DNA of 64,000 bases from Candidatus Bathyarchaeia archaeon (GTDB taxonomy: Archaea > Thermoproteota > Bathyarchaeia > 40CM-2-53-6), in the NCBI GenBank assembly GCA_049513715.1, contig JBEKVV010000002.1, forward strand, positions 64,001 through 128,000. Reading direction: 5' to 3'. The notes beneath the pieces are model-generated. The model was not told where the DNA came from. It made no database searches and saw only the letters and a list, made by a program, of their open reading frames with translations. This document shows positions 49,827-60,175 of the stretch, piece after piece; within the stretch, counting starts at the first letter, position 1, and every line of letters starts with the position of its first letter. The translations under genes were made by a program, and so were the position numbers.

Positions 49827-50804
49827 ATGAATTATCGCCGTTTAGGAAGTGCAGGCCTGAAGGTCAGTGAGCTTTCCTTGGGTGCCTGGGTTACGTACGG
49901 CGGGCAGGTGGGCGAAGACGCGGCTTTGAAGTGTATGTCCGCGGCGTACGACGCTGGGGTCAACTTCTTCGACAACGCAGAAGCGTACGCCAGCGGAAAT
50001 GCTGAGACGGTCATGGGTAATGTGATTAAGAAGTTGGGCTGGCGTCGCGAGAGCATAGTCGTTTCCAGCAAAGTCTTCTGGGGCGGAGGGGGACCTAATG
50101 ACCAAGGGCTCAGCCGCAAGCACATTTACGAAGCCTGCCGAAACTCCATGAAGCGCCTCCAACTTGACTACTTGGACCTGTTCTTCTGCCACCGACCAGA
50201 CCCTACAACGCCCATTGAGGAAACGGTTCGTGCCATGGACGACTTGGTTCATCAGGGTGAGATTCTGTATTGGGGAACCTCGGAGTGGAACGCGGCTGAC
50301 ATAATGCGCGCCCACGGTATCGCCCGAGAACAGCACCTGACTCCCCCGCAGATGGAACAGCCGCAGTACAATATGTTGCACCGGGATCGAGTGGAAAAGG
50401 AGTACCTGCCACTCTACCGGGAAATCGGGTTGGGCACGACCATTTGGAGCCCGCTCGCCTCGGGTTTACTTAGCGGAAAATATAACGATGGAATTCCTCC
50501 CAACACTCGCGCCTCCCTGAAAGGGTACGAATGGTTGCGGCAATACCTCCTCACACCGCAAAACATTGAGAAGGTGAAACAGCTACAACCACTAGCCAAA
50601 GACCTCGGATGCACCATGCCTCAACTGGCCTTAGCTTGGTGTTTGAAGAACCCGAACATAAGCACGGTGATAACAAGCGCAACCCGACCTGAGCAGGTTG
50701 TGGAGAACATGAAATCGGCGGAAGTTGCTCAGAATCTGTCCGCAGAGCTGATGGAGCGAATCGACGGTATTTTAGGAAACAAACCTCAGCCTGATGAAGA
50801 CTGA
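49827..50804 (+). CDS. Aldo/keto reductase (K+ channel beta-subunit-like)
   Basis: [34 protein letters not shown] motifs. Confidence 0.92.
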   Translation: MNYRRLGSAGLKVSELSLGAWVTYGGQVGEDAALKCMSAAYDAGVNFFDNAEAYASGNAETVMGNVIKKLGWRRESIVVSSKVFWGGGGPNDQGLSRKHIYEACRNSMKRLQLDYLDLFFCHRPDPTTPIEETVRAMDDLVHQGEILYWGTSEWNAADIMRAHGIAREQHLTPPQMEQPQYNMLHRDRVEKEYLPLYREIGLGTTIWSPLASGLLSGKYNDGIPPNTRASLKGYEWLRQYLLTPQNIEKVKQLQPLAKDLGCTMPQLALAWCLKNPNISTVITSATRPEQVVENMKSAEVAQNLSAELMERIDGILGNKPQPDED

Positions 50805-50870
50805 GCGCTTGAATCAAGCAATGCCCTGAGCTTCCTGAAGTCTTCTTTAACCAATGTTTTATATTACTGA

Positions 50871-52046
50871 ATGACGCTATTCAGCTGTCGGTTTACGCTT
50901 ATGACCAACGGCTCATTTCTGAATGGCAAGATAGGGAAACCGTTCGTTGAAGCCAACCAATCTATGAAGAAATTCCTTGACAAGGTGGACGCAGAATCAA
51001 GTCAGGAAAGTTACTGTTACGCGATATGGCAGTATTCGCAGTGGGCTAAGAGAACGCCCGACCAACTACTAGCGGAAAGAAAGGCTGAAGATGAAGCCAC
51101 TCAAACAAAGAAAGCCACGAACGGCTACAACGCATTGGACCTAGCTCAAGATTTCATCAAGCACGGCGAAATAGACACGGTTAGAGAATATCCAACCGGC
51201 ACAAAGACTGAGAGAACCATTAGGATCCATGAACTCAGCCGGAAGCGCAGAGAGCTACTATACGCGGCCATTCGGGCATTCTACAAACACAATCGAGTTG
51301 CCCTACCTGCAGAGAAATTCAAAATTGCAGAGAACCACACCGATCAGAACGCCGTCGAGCCAAAAACAACCTACATGACCCTTGACCAGGGCAGGGACAT
51401 AATGAAAGCATCGAAGAGTCCCTACCGGGAATTATTCGCCTGCCAGATATACGGCGGACTGGGAAGGCGAGAGGTTCTACTGATAAACGCGATGTGGCCT
51501 CGGCTGAAGGAACAGATGAAAGGCAGAGACTGGAACGGTACCATATTACAGTTAGATTACAACTTCAGGAAAAGCAATGAAGGCGAAGACTCGAAGTTCT
51601 TCACGTTCATACCCGCCAAGATCCTTGAACCCTTCAAGGACGCCCCGATGCCCTTCACAGTGAAAGGTAAACCGATGCAGGGCTGGCACCTATACAAGGT
51701 ATGGCATAACGCATGCAAAAGGGCAGGGGTCGAGGACGGGGTTAGACCTCACCTATACAGAGATTTGATGATGACGGATGGATTTGTCAACGCCAAGATA
51801 CCTCAAGAATACTTGCAGTTCATGACAGGGCATACAGTGGATAAGAACTACTACCTGCAGTTGGCGAAGAAGCCTACGAAGGTTCTTGAGGAATGGCAGA
51901 AGTGGAGAGCCTACATTGAAAGCGAGCTGCTCAATGAGGCTACGCAAAAAGAATTGGAAACTAGAGATCTTGAAATGCAGGCTTTGAAGCAGCAAATCAA
52001 GACGCTTGAAGGCCGGTTCGAGGTTCTGATGCGTGAGAAAGCCTAG
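50871..52046 (+). CDS. Tyrosine recombinase / integrase (start may be 50901 or 50964)
   Basis: Catalytic pattern GLGRREV (R), RK, RPHLYRD (HxxR), MTGH, YY; coiled-coil tail. Confidence 0.85.
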   Translation: MTLFSCRFTLMTNGSFLNGKIGKPFVEANQSMKKFLDKVDAESSQESYCYAIWQYSQWAKRTPDQLLAERKAEDEATQTKKATNGYNALDLAQDFIKHGEIDTVREYPTGTKTERTIRIHELSRKRRELLYAAIRAFYKHNRVALPAEKFKIAENHTDQNAVEPKTTYMTLDQGRDIMKASKSPYRELFACQIYGGLGRREVLLINAMWPRLKEQMKGRDWNGTILQLDYNFRKSNEGEDSKFFTFIPAKILEPFKDAPMPFTVKGKPMQGWHLYKVWHNACKRAGVEDGVRPHLYRDLMMTDGFVNAKIPQEYLQFMTGHTVDKNYYLQLAKKPTKVLEEWQKWRAYIESELLNEATQKELETRDLEMQALKQQIKTLEGRFEVLMREKA

Positions 52047-52055
52047 TGGATTCGT

Positions 52056-52718
52056 CTACATCTCCTGCCTCAGACCCGGGACTGGGTCAAACGCAAGGTA
52101 ATCCTCGATGAACTTTGCATCTAGTCTGCTAGTCTGGCGCTCTAGTCTTCCTTTTGGAAAACGATTCAGAAAATAGACTAGGTAATCTCTCGCCGAAGCC
52201 TGAACTGCCTCGCGGTGCTTTAAGAGAATGGGTGCTTCTTGCCCCAAGTTGTACCAATCATTGAGCATCATCTCCGTTGCCACGCGGATCCAATTGCCTG
52301 CGACTTTCGGATTACGAAATCTTGAGGCCCAGACATGTATTGCTATCATGTCAAATAGTATCCAGATGAACTTGTCATAGTACCCTATTGCTGCATGTTC
52401 TCCTTTAGCAGCGTACTTCGCGTGGAGGGCAAGTTGTTTCTCAAGAATCTCCTTCGCTTCTCGTTTAGATGGCGTGCTCGGCATGTTAAGGCCGTATATT
52501 ACGGTCGGAGGGTGCGACTCCGTTTTCACGTTTCGTCGAATTGACCCTTCATTCTCACCGTCCTTTAGGTAGCGACTCAGGGTTGTGGGACTGAGTCCGT
52601 CAGCCTCGGCCTTCTTCTTGAGTTCGCTCCAAGTCTTGCCTGATTCCCCCGGAGGCCCGAGATAACCTCTGATCTTCTTCTTGATTTCCTCTTGTTTCTT
52701 GTATGTGGGATGTACCAT
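52056..52718 (-). CDS. Winged-helix regulator of the integrated element
   Basis: KTWSEL...GLSPTTLSRYLK..EGSIRR..PPTVIY. Confidence 0.7.
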   Translation of the reverse strand: MVHPTYKKQEEIKKKIRGYLGPPGESGKTWSELKKKAEADGLSPTTLSRYLKDGENEGSIRRNVKTESHPPTVIYGLNMPSTPSKREAKEILEKQLALHAKYAAKGEHAAIGYYDKFIWILFDMIAIHVWASRFRNPKVAGNWIRVATEMMLNDWYNLGQEAPILLKHREAVQASARDYLVYFLNRFPKGRLERQTSRLDAKFIEDYLAFDPVPGLRQEM

Positions 52719-52762
52719 GTAGTTCGCACTTCGGTACTAAGTAGCGTTAAGCATACCCGCCT

Positions 52763-52972
52763 ATGTATGCCTTGCGCACAAAGGGTTTGTTGATGACGAT
52801 GACTGATACAACATTAAGAGTCTCCAAGGAAGTTCGAGACGAGCTGGCAAAGCTAGGCTCCAAAGAAGACTCTTTCGATGCGATTCTGCGACGACTACTT
52901 GAGCGCTCCGAGGAAGGCGCTGAACTCACCCCTAGAAAATCGAACCCATACAGGAGAGGCGGCAGGGAATGA
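52763..52972 (+). CDS. Small antitoxin-like/RHH DNA-binding protein
   Basis: TTLRVSKEVRDELAKLG.KEDSFDAILRRLL pattern. Confidence 0.7.
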   Translation: MYALRTKGLLMTMTDTTLRVSKEVRDELAKLGSKEDSFDAILRRLLERSEEGAELTPRKSNPYRRGGRE

Positions 52973-53112
52973 CTCCGCAAGACCTCGGCAAGCGAGTTTT
53001 CAGACTTTTGAACATCACGAAAGGTGATGAAATCATTTTCTTTCGCGACAAAATCACCGGCGGCATCTTAGTCGCCAAGGGAAAGGAAGGAGGGGACCAG
53101 AGCAATGTCTGA
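52969..53112 (+). CDS. AbrB-like microprotein (47 aa; not in the ORF track)
   Basis: MTPQDLGKRVFRLLNITKGDEIIFFRD...; ATGA overlap with the upstream gene. Confidence 0.55.
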   Translation: MTPQDLGKRVFRLLNITKGDEIIFFRDKITGGILVAKGKEGGDQSNV

Positions 53113-53332
53113 GACTACCGAAAATTTGGAAGACGCTATCCGCTTGAGAATGGGCCTGCCTAGAAAAGCAACCGCGCCACAACAAAGTGACGATCGCAGC
53201 TTTGACCAAAAAATGCGAGAGGTTCAGGAACTTCCACAGCAACACTACCAAGACGCGGATGAGGCTGAGGTCCCGCTGCCCGAACTTGAAGACCAAATCA
53301 GGCGCCGATTTCACTTGAAACCTAAGGAATGA
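53105..53332 (+). CDS. Hypothetical protein
   Basis: GGAGG RBS; overlaps within the small-gene operon; internal repeat LEDAIR / LEDQIR. Confidence 0.6.
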   Translation: MSETTENLEDAIRLRMGLPRKATAPQQSDDRSFDQKMREVQELPQQHYQDADEAEVPLPELEDQIRRRFHLKPKE

Positions 53333-53338
53333 GCTCTA

Positions 53339-53644
53339 GTGAAGCGCCACAGACGATCACAGGTCAGAAAGCGAACCGTTTGTAATACTCGCGAGCCGAC
53401 CGGGAGCGGTCGCAATACTCTGCCGGATTCCTCCCTGTCCCTACGAGGGAAGAAACCTCCTACTCCGCAGTCGCCGAATCCAGCTATCTTGGCGGTACTA
53501 ACTGACATCGAGGAGAAGTTGGCAAGTGCCCTCATGGACCTGAACGTTCAAAGTGCGAGGTTGACAATCGTTCACGACTTTTTGAAAGTCTCAGTTCAAC
53601 GGGAAACCACGATGACGGATCAGGGGGCTACATACATCGTCTAG
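53339..53644 (+). CDS. Hypothetical protein
   Basis: Operon position only. Confidence 0.45.
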   Translation: MKRHRRSQVRKRTVCNTREPTGSGRNTLPDSSLSLRGKKPPTPQSPNPAILAVLTDIEEKLASALMDLNVQSARLTIVHDFLKVSVQRETTMTDQGATYIV

Positions 53645-53726
53645 CGAGTCAATGGAGGTCATGGACTGAGAATCCTGTCAGGACACCGCCACTGGAATGG
53701 CGGCATCCCTCATGAAGGTATAGAAC

Positions 53727-54230
53727 ATGGAAGAATCAGCTCAAGTTGATAAAAAGAATTGGGGTTCCCCTTGCGAAGACTGTGAAGGTACGGGCAGGAA
53801 TGCCGTGGGCGGTGTATGCTCAAACTGCCGGGGGCTGGGTCAAGTGAGCCTGTTCGATTCGAATCTGCTACCGATAGGAGGTCGGAAGGTTACGAGAACT
53901 CTCACAGAGACAAGTGAGCCGGTTCCACCGAGTAAACCCGTTGAAGAGCCAGCGTGGAAAGCAAACCAGAAATTCCGCGCCTTCGCGAGAACTGAAAGAG
54001 GTTACGCGATCGTCAGTTCATGCGCCGAAGCCGCAGCCAGCGATGTCCGAAGCAACATAGAAGCCCTCCGCAGCGGTAATCTTAGCGTCGCGGAATGGAA
54101 AGCCCGCCAGATATGGCTCAAGTACTGGCTGCTGCATCGCTACCCAGATCTGCCCGAACCTTTGCGACATGAAGCCGAAGATTTCAGAGACCTTCCCTAC
54201 ACACCACGCCGGAAACGCGCCACAAAATGA
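53727..54230 (+). CDS. Hypothetical protein with DnaJ-type Zn finger
   Basis: CEDCEGTG and CSNCRGLG repeats. Confidence 0.65.
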   Translation: MEESAQVDKKNWGSPCEDCEGTGRNAVGGVCSNCRGLGQVSLFDSNLLPIGGRKVTRTLTETSEPVPPSKPVEEPAWKANQKFRAFARTERGYAIVSSCAEAAASDVRSNIEALRSGNLSVAEWKARQIWLKYWLLHRYPDLPEPLRHEAEDFRDLPYTPRRKRATK

Positions 54231-54389
54231 GGCGAAACAGTTGAAAACCATCCATGCGAACACATTTACATTATCACACCCTCTCTCTCGCTCTCTGAGG
54301 ATAAGACTATGCCCTGCCCGGGCTGAGGGCGCGGGTGTGCTTGTAGGTCTCCTTCCGTTAGTCAGGTTACCGTTGGAGGGCTTTATTGA

Positions 54390-54767
54390 TTGAAGTCTGT
54401 GGTACACAAAACGACTAGGCGGGAGGGTGGTCAACCGGGAAATCGGAATGCGTCCAAACGAGTTGCCATGCCTGAGTGGCTGAACCTTGAGGAGCCTGCA
54501 TCGGTTATCAAATTCATACGGACGATTTTGATCCCGTACACGCTCGCGGGGCGAATTGGCACGCGCCAATCATCCGCAATAACTACAGCATGCAAAGTTC
54601 TCTTGGATTATGATGCTGACCTCCAGCACCTGGAAGAAATGAAGGAGGGCTTGGCCCGGATGGAGGAAGAAATGAAAGAGTTTGACGCGAAGCTGCAGCA
54701 GCATCGAGCCGCCATGAAACCAGTAGGTTCTACAACTGATGACACAATCAAACCGAGCGCAAGCTGA
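54390..54767 (+). CDS. Protein with GGQPGNRNA motif and coiled coil (terminase-small-subunit-like motif)
   Basis: GGQPGNRNA near the N-terminus; GGAGG RBS. Confidence 0.55.
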   Translation: MKSVVHKTTRREGGQPGNRNASKRVAMPEWLNLEEPASVIKFIRTILIPYTLAGRIGTRQSSAITTACKVLLDYDADLQHLEEMKEGLARMEEEMKEFDAKLQQHRAAMKPVGSTTDDTIKPSAS

Positions 54768-55002
54768 ATCCGAGGACCAACTTCAACACCTCAGGGCTTG
54801 GTCGATGGAAATCATAGATAGAATGATGCGGGATTGGAGGGTTCTTCAGCCGCTTGCACTCAAACGGCAATATGCTGACTTAATCATTGAGATGATAGAA
54901 GCACGTGTCGGCGCAGATCCGTACCCTGAGGGAATACTTCGCAAACTGAACGGATACCTAGAAGAACTTCAACCTTGGATTGGGAAGGAGAACGTTCGAT
55001 AG
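54739..55002 (+). CDS. Hypothetical protein
   Basis: Overlaps the upstream gene; last of the small-gene operon. Confidence 0.55.
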   Translation: MTQSNRAQAESEDQLQHLRAWSMEIIDRMMRDWRVLQPLALKRQYADLIIEMIEARVGADPYPEGILRKLNGYLEELQPWIGKENVR

Positions 55003-55053
55003 GTTAGCAGCTTCTGATTTGGATTCAGCATCGTTAGAGCAATGCGTTTGCGG

Positions 55054-55485
55054 TCATGGGTGAGCGAAGTACCAGAACCATGCTGAAACTAGGATGTATA
55101 CTACTCCCGCAATGAGAAGACTGAACAATACTGCATAGGTTTCAATTGCCCTATGCGAACGATTCATTTGCCAATGGCCTGTCTCTACGTAGTCTATCCA
55201 CGCCTGAGGCGTCATGGCAGGATTTTCCCAAGGGAAACTTATCCACTTGACCGCAAGACCTCGCAGATGATACACTGCAAATCCTCCACCGATGAGAAGC
55301 AACAACGCAATTGCATCAGTGAGCGCAAAGAGCGTCTTGTAACTGGGTATATCCTTGGTAACGAATGGGAGGGTTGCTAAGACGATGACGATGGCAAGGG
55401 TAGCCCCCAAGATTTCCCATGCCAATGTATTGTAGTAGCAGAACATCTGAATCCTATTTTCGGTCTTCAGCGTTTCCGCAGACAT
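55054..55485 (-). CDS. Hypothetical membrane protein
   Basis: Three hydrophobic helices. Confidence 0.6.
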   Translation of the reverse strand: MSAETLKTENRIQMFCYYNTLAWEILGATLAIVIVLATLPFVTKDIPSYKTLFALTDAIALLLLIGGGFAVYHLRGLAVKWISFPWENPAMTPQAWIDYVETGHWQMNRSHRAIETYAVLFSLLIAGVVYILVSAWFWYFAHP

Positions 55486-55498
55486 AATGAACTGCCCT

Positions 55499-56434
55499 TC
55501 ATGTCTGGGCAGTGCCGCACTTGGAGCAGAACTCTGAGCCGATAGGAATCACGGCTCTGCAATTCACGCAGAATTGATTCTTAGTTTGGGCAGCACTTAC
55601 CGAATCAAACGCATTATTGGGGCAAAGCCAAGTCGTGCCTGCTGTTCTCTCTGGATGGGTCTTGTTATCGAGTCTGCCTTCAGGCCCACGAAAAGCATGG
55701 TACAATTCGCATTCCTTAGTGAACGCAGCCTCTGGAGAATCGAAATATGCGAATTTGAATGAATCATATTTGCCGATATGCTCCTTCAGTTTAGCATTGA
55801 TGTCTGAATCAGAACGGCCAAAATATTTGACGAAGAAAGTTTTACCCGGCTTGTGGCCAAGAGCATACACACCGGGCGAACCGGTGCCAACTTCTTCATT
55901 TATTGCCTGCTCATCGAGTGGAAACGGCCCCTGCAAACCAGTACTTGGTTTGTATTCATGTAATTCTCTGACAGTCTGTCTAGTCCTGTTAGACCTCACC
56001 TTGATTACGGTCGCTATCCCTGCGACCATTATTAGAAGACTTGCAGCCAGCGCCAGATAAGCTCCTGAACCGAGGCTGACCGTCACATCCGGGGTGGTGA
56101 GCTTTTCGGATTCACTTGCGAGAAAGCTCATCTCGTATCCTGTTTGCAACAGCACGATGAATCCTAAGACGACGTCCCCAAGCCCAGTCGATGAAGTCTG
56201 CTTCTTGAGCAGTGTTGCCAATGCGCCCACCACAGCGACTCCGAGAAAAATCATGCTAGAGATTCCCCCGAAAAGTTGCAGTAAAGACGAGCTTCTCTGA
56301 AGGGTTATTCCAATATCTGGCAGTGGAGCAGCAAACGTTACCCAAGGAAGAAACACACTAACGGCCATCATTACATATCCAAGTAATGCGACGAGCCCCT
56401 CTGGCCCCATCTTCGTCTTGACTTCAGTCAACAA
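55499..56434 (-). CDS. Four-TM membrane protein fused to a GIY-YIG-like domain and a Zn ribbon
   Basis: PGVYAL...KYFGRS..D...L..H...ECELYH; C-terminal FCVNC..FCSKCG. Confidence 0.65.
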   Translation of the reverse strand: MLTEVKTKMGPEGLVALLGYVMMAVSVFLPWVTFAAPLPDIGITLQRSSSLLQLFGGISSMIFLGVAVVGALATLLKKQTSSTGLGDVVLGFIVLLQTGYEMSFLASESEKLTTPDVTVSLGSGAYLALAASLLIMVAGIATVIKVRSNRTRQTVRELHEYKPSTGLQGPFPLDEQAINEEVGTGSPGVYALGHKPGKTFFVKYFGRSDSDINAKLKEHIGKYDSFKFAYFDSPEAAFTKECELYHAFRGPEGRLDNKTHPERTAGTTWLCPNNAFDSVSAAQTKNQFCVNCRAVIPIGSEFCSKCGTAQT

Positions 56435-56703
56435 ACCACTTGCTATGTTTTAGGTTTGAATAGGCTTAACATTTTGCATGTCGTACGTAATTTCCGGTAA
56501 ATGAAGTCTAGAGGCAAGTCAATAGACCGAAGAGTTGATAGGCCAAGAACGCAGCGTGGATCGAAGATCCGAGATTGTGAGTTCATTGTGGGAAACCCCG
56601 GTTTAACCTTGTCCTTCCCTTTACAGTCTGAACATGCATAAGCGGACAGCGCAAACAGTCATATCTGCTGATGCCCACAATTCTGGGGCAGGTCATAAGT
56701 CCC

Positions 56704-57372
56704 TTGGCTGTGGTTGCGATACGTTGCCCAACATGCGGCTCTGCGGCGGCATCGACTACTAATCCCAATGAGTACACATGTACACACTGCTGAACCCGTT
56801 TTCAAATTGTCCGACCCTCTGACGCCACAGTAGTAACGGACATCCGAGCGCACCACTGTCCCATCTGCGGGAGACCAGTTCAAACAACACAAGGCTTTCG
56901 GTGTACAGAGTGTGGCGGGGTTGACTTCTGCGAATCCTGTGTTACGGCCGTTCCAAGTCTCGGTGGGCATCGTTTCATGTGTAGACCATGCGTTCACCAA
57001 AAGAACTGGGACTGTGCAACCTGTGGAGACTACGCATCATTGACCTGCGCCAGTTGTTCCAACCGCTCATGTGATAAACACTACACAAGGACTTTCGGAA
57101 TGGCGACTCGCGGACAGAACGAGCTGAATTTCTTTGAATGTGCGCAATGTGGTGGCAAACTTTGCACCAGCTGCGTGGAGATCAGGAAGGGATTCTTTTC
57201 CGAGAAACTCTACTGCAGGAAATGTCGCAGCGAACTAGAGCCCATAACTGAAGTTGGCCGAACCTGCCAATTCTGCAACCTGATAATCCGACGGAGCGAA
57301 TCTCTCTGCGGCTACTGTGGAAAGTCCCAGAATGTCGAGTCCGCGTCACTTGGCACGAAGACAATGGTGTAA
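56704..57372 (+). pseudogene. Poly-CxxC zinc-finger protein interrupted by an in-frame TGA (56791-56793)
   Basis: Frame upstream of ORF 56977 continues with CxxC motifs back to TTG 56704. Confidence 0.7.
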
Positions 57373-57485
57373 CGAAAAACCAGCCTGACCAAGCAGCCTA
57401 GTGGGCTGTGATTTCGAGGCCAATTCCGCCCGGTCGCCCAAAAATCATGAGAAGTTGAGCGGAAAGTCGACAACGCCTAGGAGGC

Positions 57486-57833
57486 CTAGAGTTTTGCGCC
57501 GCAGTGACCGCAGTAAGCTAGATTCGCTTGAGTTCCTTTCCCGCACTGGGTACAATACCTTACGGGTGTCGCTTGTTGGAGAGGTGGTGCTGTAACATCT
57601 TTCTCTGTCTTCTTTCCTCTTCGCCATCTGACTATTTCACCCACGATACCTGCAGGTATTCCAAAAATCATTCCCAACCCCGCAACGTCAACAAGCGCAT
57701 AGACCCCAGACGGCGCGGAGGGTCCACCTGCCGCCTCCGAGATTCCGTAGATTACTCCGAATCCGAGGGTGAAAATGAACCAGAAGAAAGTGCCAATCAC
57801 GCAAATGATAAAACCCCAAACGATTGGGCGCAA
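57486..57833 (-). CDS. Two-TM membrane protein with C-terminal zinc ribbon
   Basis: YCTQCG..YCGHCGAKL; TTG start with GAGG RBS. Confidence 0.7.
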   Translation of the reverse strand: MRPIVWGFIICVIGTFFWFIFTLGFGVIYGISEAAGGPSAPSGVYALVDVAGLGMIFGIPAGIVGEIVRWRRGKKTEKDVTAPPLQQATPVRYCTQCGKGTQANLAYCGHCGAKL

Positions 57834-57846
57834 TGCAATAAACCTC

Positions 57847-58605
57847 TTAGGAAATAGTTCTCGAAATTTGGTCACGACTTTTTCGTATTGCAAACCCACA
57901 TAGAGACAGGGCTGTCGCCAACATGACTGCTGGCCACGTGGTCTCTGGGATACTTGCATACTCGGTGCTTTGTGTGTCAAGGGTCATCTTAGTGGCTAAG
58001 TTGCTTCTGCTGGCACTCATGAGTGTAAGTTTGAAGGATTGTTGGGTGTGCGGTTGAACGGTAGTCGGTTCAGTGAACGTGTAACCCACGTCGACCACTT
58101 TGCCGTCGGCGTCAAAGAAGATGGCTACGACTTTCGTGTATTCGCTGATTGTGTCGCCGTTGTTCTTGACTTCGCCGACTATCTCTAGATATCCGAGGCT
58201 ATCCTTTGATGAGGAGGTATTGATAATTTCTAGGGCAGTGGTCAATGGTTCGCCTATCTGGAACTCGATTGTGAGTGTGTAACTTCGAATATTCGCCGAC
58301 TTCGCCGTGTCATATTCGAACACGTCAAAGCCTGAGGTAACACCGGGGGGCAGGCGGTCGAGCAACGTGTAAGTGAAGGCAGTGTCCACTACGGCGCCGT
58401 TCTGGTCTTTGAAGGTGGCGTCAATGCGCACATATCGTAACCAAATATCGCCGGTGTTTTGCACTTCCCCCACCACATGTAGGTAACCAAGTTCATCGAA
58501 GTAACTACTAGTGTTGCTCTGAATGACGGCGCTTGGAGAAGCCGCCACATGGGGCAAGGCGAATAGGAACAGTAGGACTAAGGTCACGGGGATGAACCTC
58601 TTCAT
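57847..58605 (-). CDS. Secreted protein with two FxLYD-like domains and an IPE/TM C-terminal anchor
   Basis: Duplicated GYL..VGEV.N.G...F.D..G.VVD domain; IPETTW plus TM and basic tail. Confidence 0.78.
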   Translation of the reverse strand: MKRFIPVTLVLLFLFALPHVAASPSAVIQSNTSSYFDELGYLHVVGEVQNTGDIWLRYVRIDATFKDQNGAVVDTAFTYTLLDRLPPGVTSGFDVFEYDTAKSANIRSYTLTIEFQIGEPLTTALEIINTSSSKDSLGYLEIVGEVKNNGDTISEYTKVVAIFFDADGKVVDVGYTFTEPTTVQPHTQQSFKLTLMSASRSNLATKMTLDTQSTEYASIPETTWPAVMLATALSLCGFAIRKSRDQISRTIS

Positions 58606-58751
58606 AACCTCAAACCTAGGAGTTTGTAGGAGATTGAATGCTCTTAACACTTGCCAAATTCTCCCCATTTTCCTGAAAAGTGTGCATTGTCTATAGAAAC
58701 GCTATTGGCCACTCAATTCTCGATAATACAGGAGGGAAGAAGGGAGCTTCC

Positions 58752-58892
58752 TCAACCACTCTCCCGGGCTGCAACCTTTCCAGTTCCACCGCAGGCCTTG
58801 CATTCCTCAAAGTACCCTCTCGTTCCAACGATATGCCAATGCCCAAAAGCGCCTAGGCACGACAAGCAGGTTTCTGATTCTTTCTCAGTCAT
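58752..58892 (-). CDS. DnaJ-type Zn-finger microprotein (46 aa; not in the ORF track)
   Basis: MTEKESETCLSCLGAFGHWHIVGTRGYFEECKACGGTGKV...; paralog of 61975-62208. Confidence 0.7.
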   Translation of the reverse strand: MTEKESETCLSCLGAFGHWHIVGTRGYFEECKACGGTGKVAARESG

Positions 58893-58991
58893 CTAGACCA
58901 CACGGTGTAACGTCTAGGTTCTCGGTGATAGCCGATGAGAACAGAAAAGTAATGAGCTGAGAGGCTACCAAAAGTACAGTTCTTAAACCAA

Positions 58992-59522
58992 TTAGCCGTT
59001 CTTGATTCCGGTCAAACGTTCCAGTTCCACTGTTAGCTTCTCGCAATTTGACTTGAAGTAGCGCCAGTGCTCATCGAAGACATCGGTTCTGAGACGAATC
59101 CACGGAGCAGAGCCAGTCTGCATATCCGAAAACGAACCTGCAAACTCATGTGTCTCGAAGTCAGATCTGAGCCTCCCCAATTCCGTCGCGCTGAGATAGT
59201 ATCCGAACCGCTCCACCATCCTACGGATTTCCTCGAACTCCTGAGAGGTAAGAACAAAAGCCCACTCTGCGCCGGCATCATTTGAGTCGGCCCTTTTAAC
59301 GACCGACGTCCTGACTATGGCTCTAGCCTTCTCGTTGCGTGCCCGGTCCAGAATCTCCAACATTGGAAAGTAAATCTTCTCAAGTTTGCGTTCGATCGTA
59401 GCCTTCTTTCTATCGTTCTTAGCTTCATTAATGGTCACCGCGGCAAAGTAGACCAACGCAAAAGTGGCCACCGCTTCTACTATTGAAACTGTAGCCAAAA
59501 TCCAATCTGTGACTTGCACCAA
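58992..59522 (-). CDS. Hypothetical protein with N-terminal TM helix
   Basis: TM helix followed by ERKLEKIYFP. Confidence 0.65.
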   Translation of the reverse strand: MVQVTDWILATVSIVEAVATFALVYFAAVTINEAKNDRKKATIERKLEKIYFPMLEILDRARNEKARAIVRTSVVKRADSNDAGAEWAFVLTSQEFEEIRRMVERFGYYLSATELGRLRSDFETHEFAGSFSDMQTGSAPWIRLRTDVFDEHWRYFKSNCEKLTVELERLTGIKNG

Positions 59523-59738
59523 TTCAAGTCAACTGCCACATTATCTAGCATATGCAATGTAAGAGGATTGTTCTGAAACTCACCTGTCAGAGAAGAATGA
59601 AACTATGCCCCAACGCAGGAACAGTGGGAAAGCCTGGATGTCGAAAGAGGGGTCAACCAGTGTGTGGCCAACTCTCCCTTGATTTGTTCTACGCGCGCTC
59701 CCCAAAACGTAAAAAGCAGTTAACAATCAGCCTGCATT

Positions 59739-60032
59739 ATGGGAATTTGTCGAGCGTGTCAAACTGTCTTAGACGAAGGTGACCGGTTCTGCCGAGTTTG
59801 TGGAAACAATGTTTCAGGGTCGCAAGGCTTTCCCTATAGCCATCCAGCGCTCTATTGTAATCCTGAATTTATAGCTCAACTAGCCCTCACAGTTGCTAGT
59901 GCTGCTAGTGGAACAATTGCCGGGAACGCATGGTCGAATTGGCGGTCAAGAGCATACTGTGCTAGTTGTGGGATATGGTTTCCAAAGTCGGAGCGGTTTT
60001 GCGATCGATGCGGCGCACGTCTCCAAAGCTAG
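59739..60032 (+). CDS. Double zinc-ribbon protein
   Basis: CRAC..FCRVCG and CASCG..FCDRCG. Confidence 0.7.
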   Translation: MGICRACQTVLDEGDRFCRVCGNNVSGSQGFPYSHPALYCNPEFIAQLALTVASAASGTIAGNAWSNWRSRAYCASCGIWFPKSERFCDRCGARLQS

Positions 60033-60175
60033 AACATCACGCTACTAGATTCTTCCGCTTCTAGTCCTACTTGAGGTACTCGCGCGGCGGTAACGTCAAC
60101 TCTTCGGTTGCTAAGGAAAAAAATCTCCGCTTGTAAAAAGTCGGTTGTTGTGGTAACTACCCAGTTGTTAGAAAA

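Noticed and set aside
50781..57390. Short cagcctga match between the AKR 3' end and about 57381 as attL/attR
   Set aside because: Only about 8 bp; expected by chance
58906..58931. TGTAACGTC…TCGGT resembling a third TIR
   Set aside because: Lacks the terminal GG, and no partner end or TSD was found
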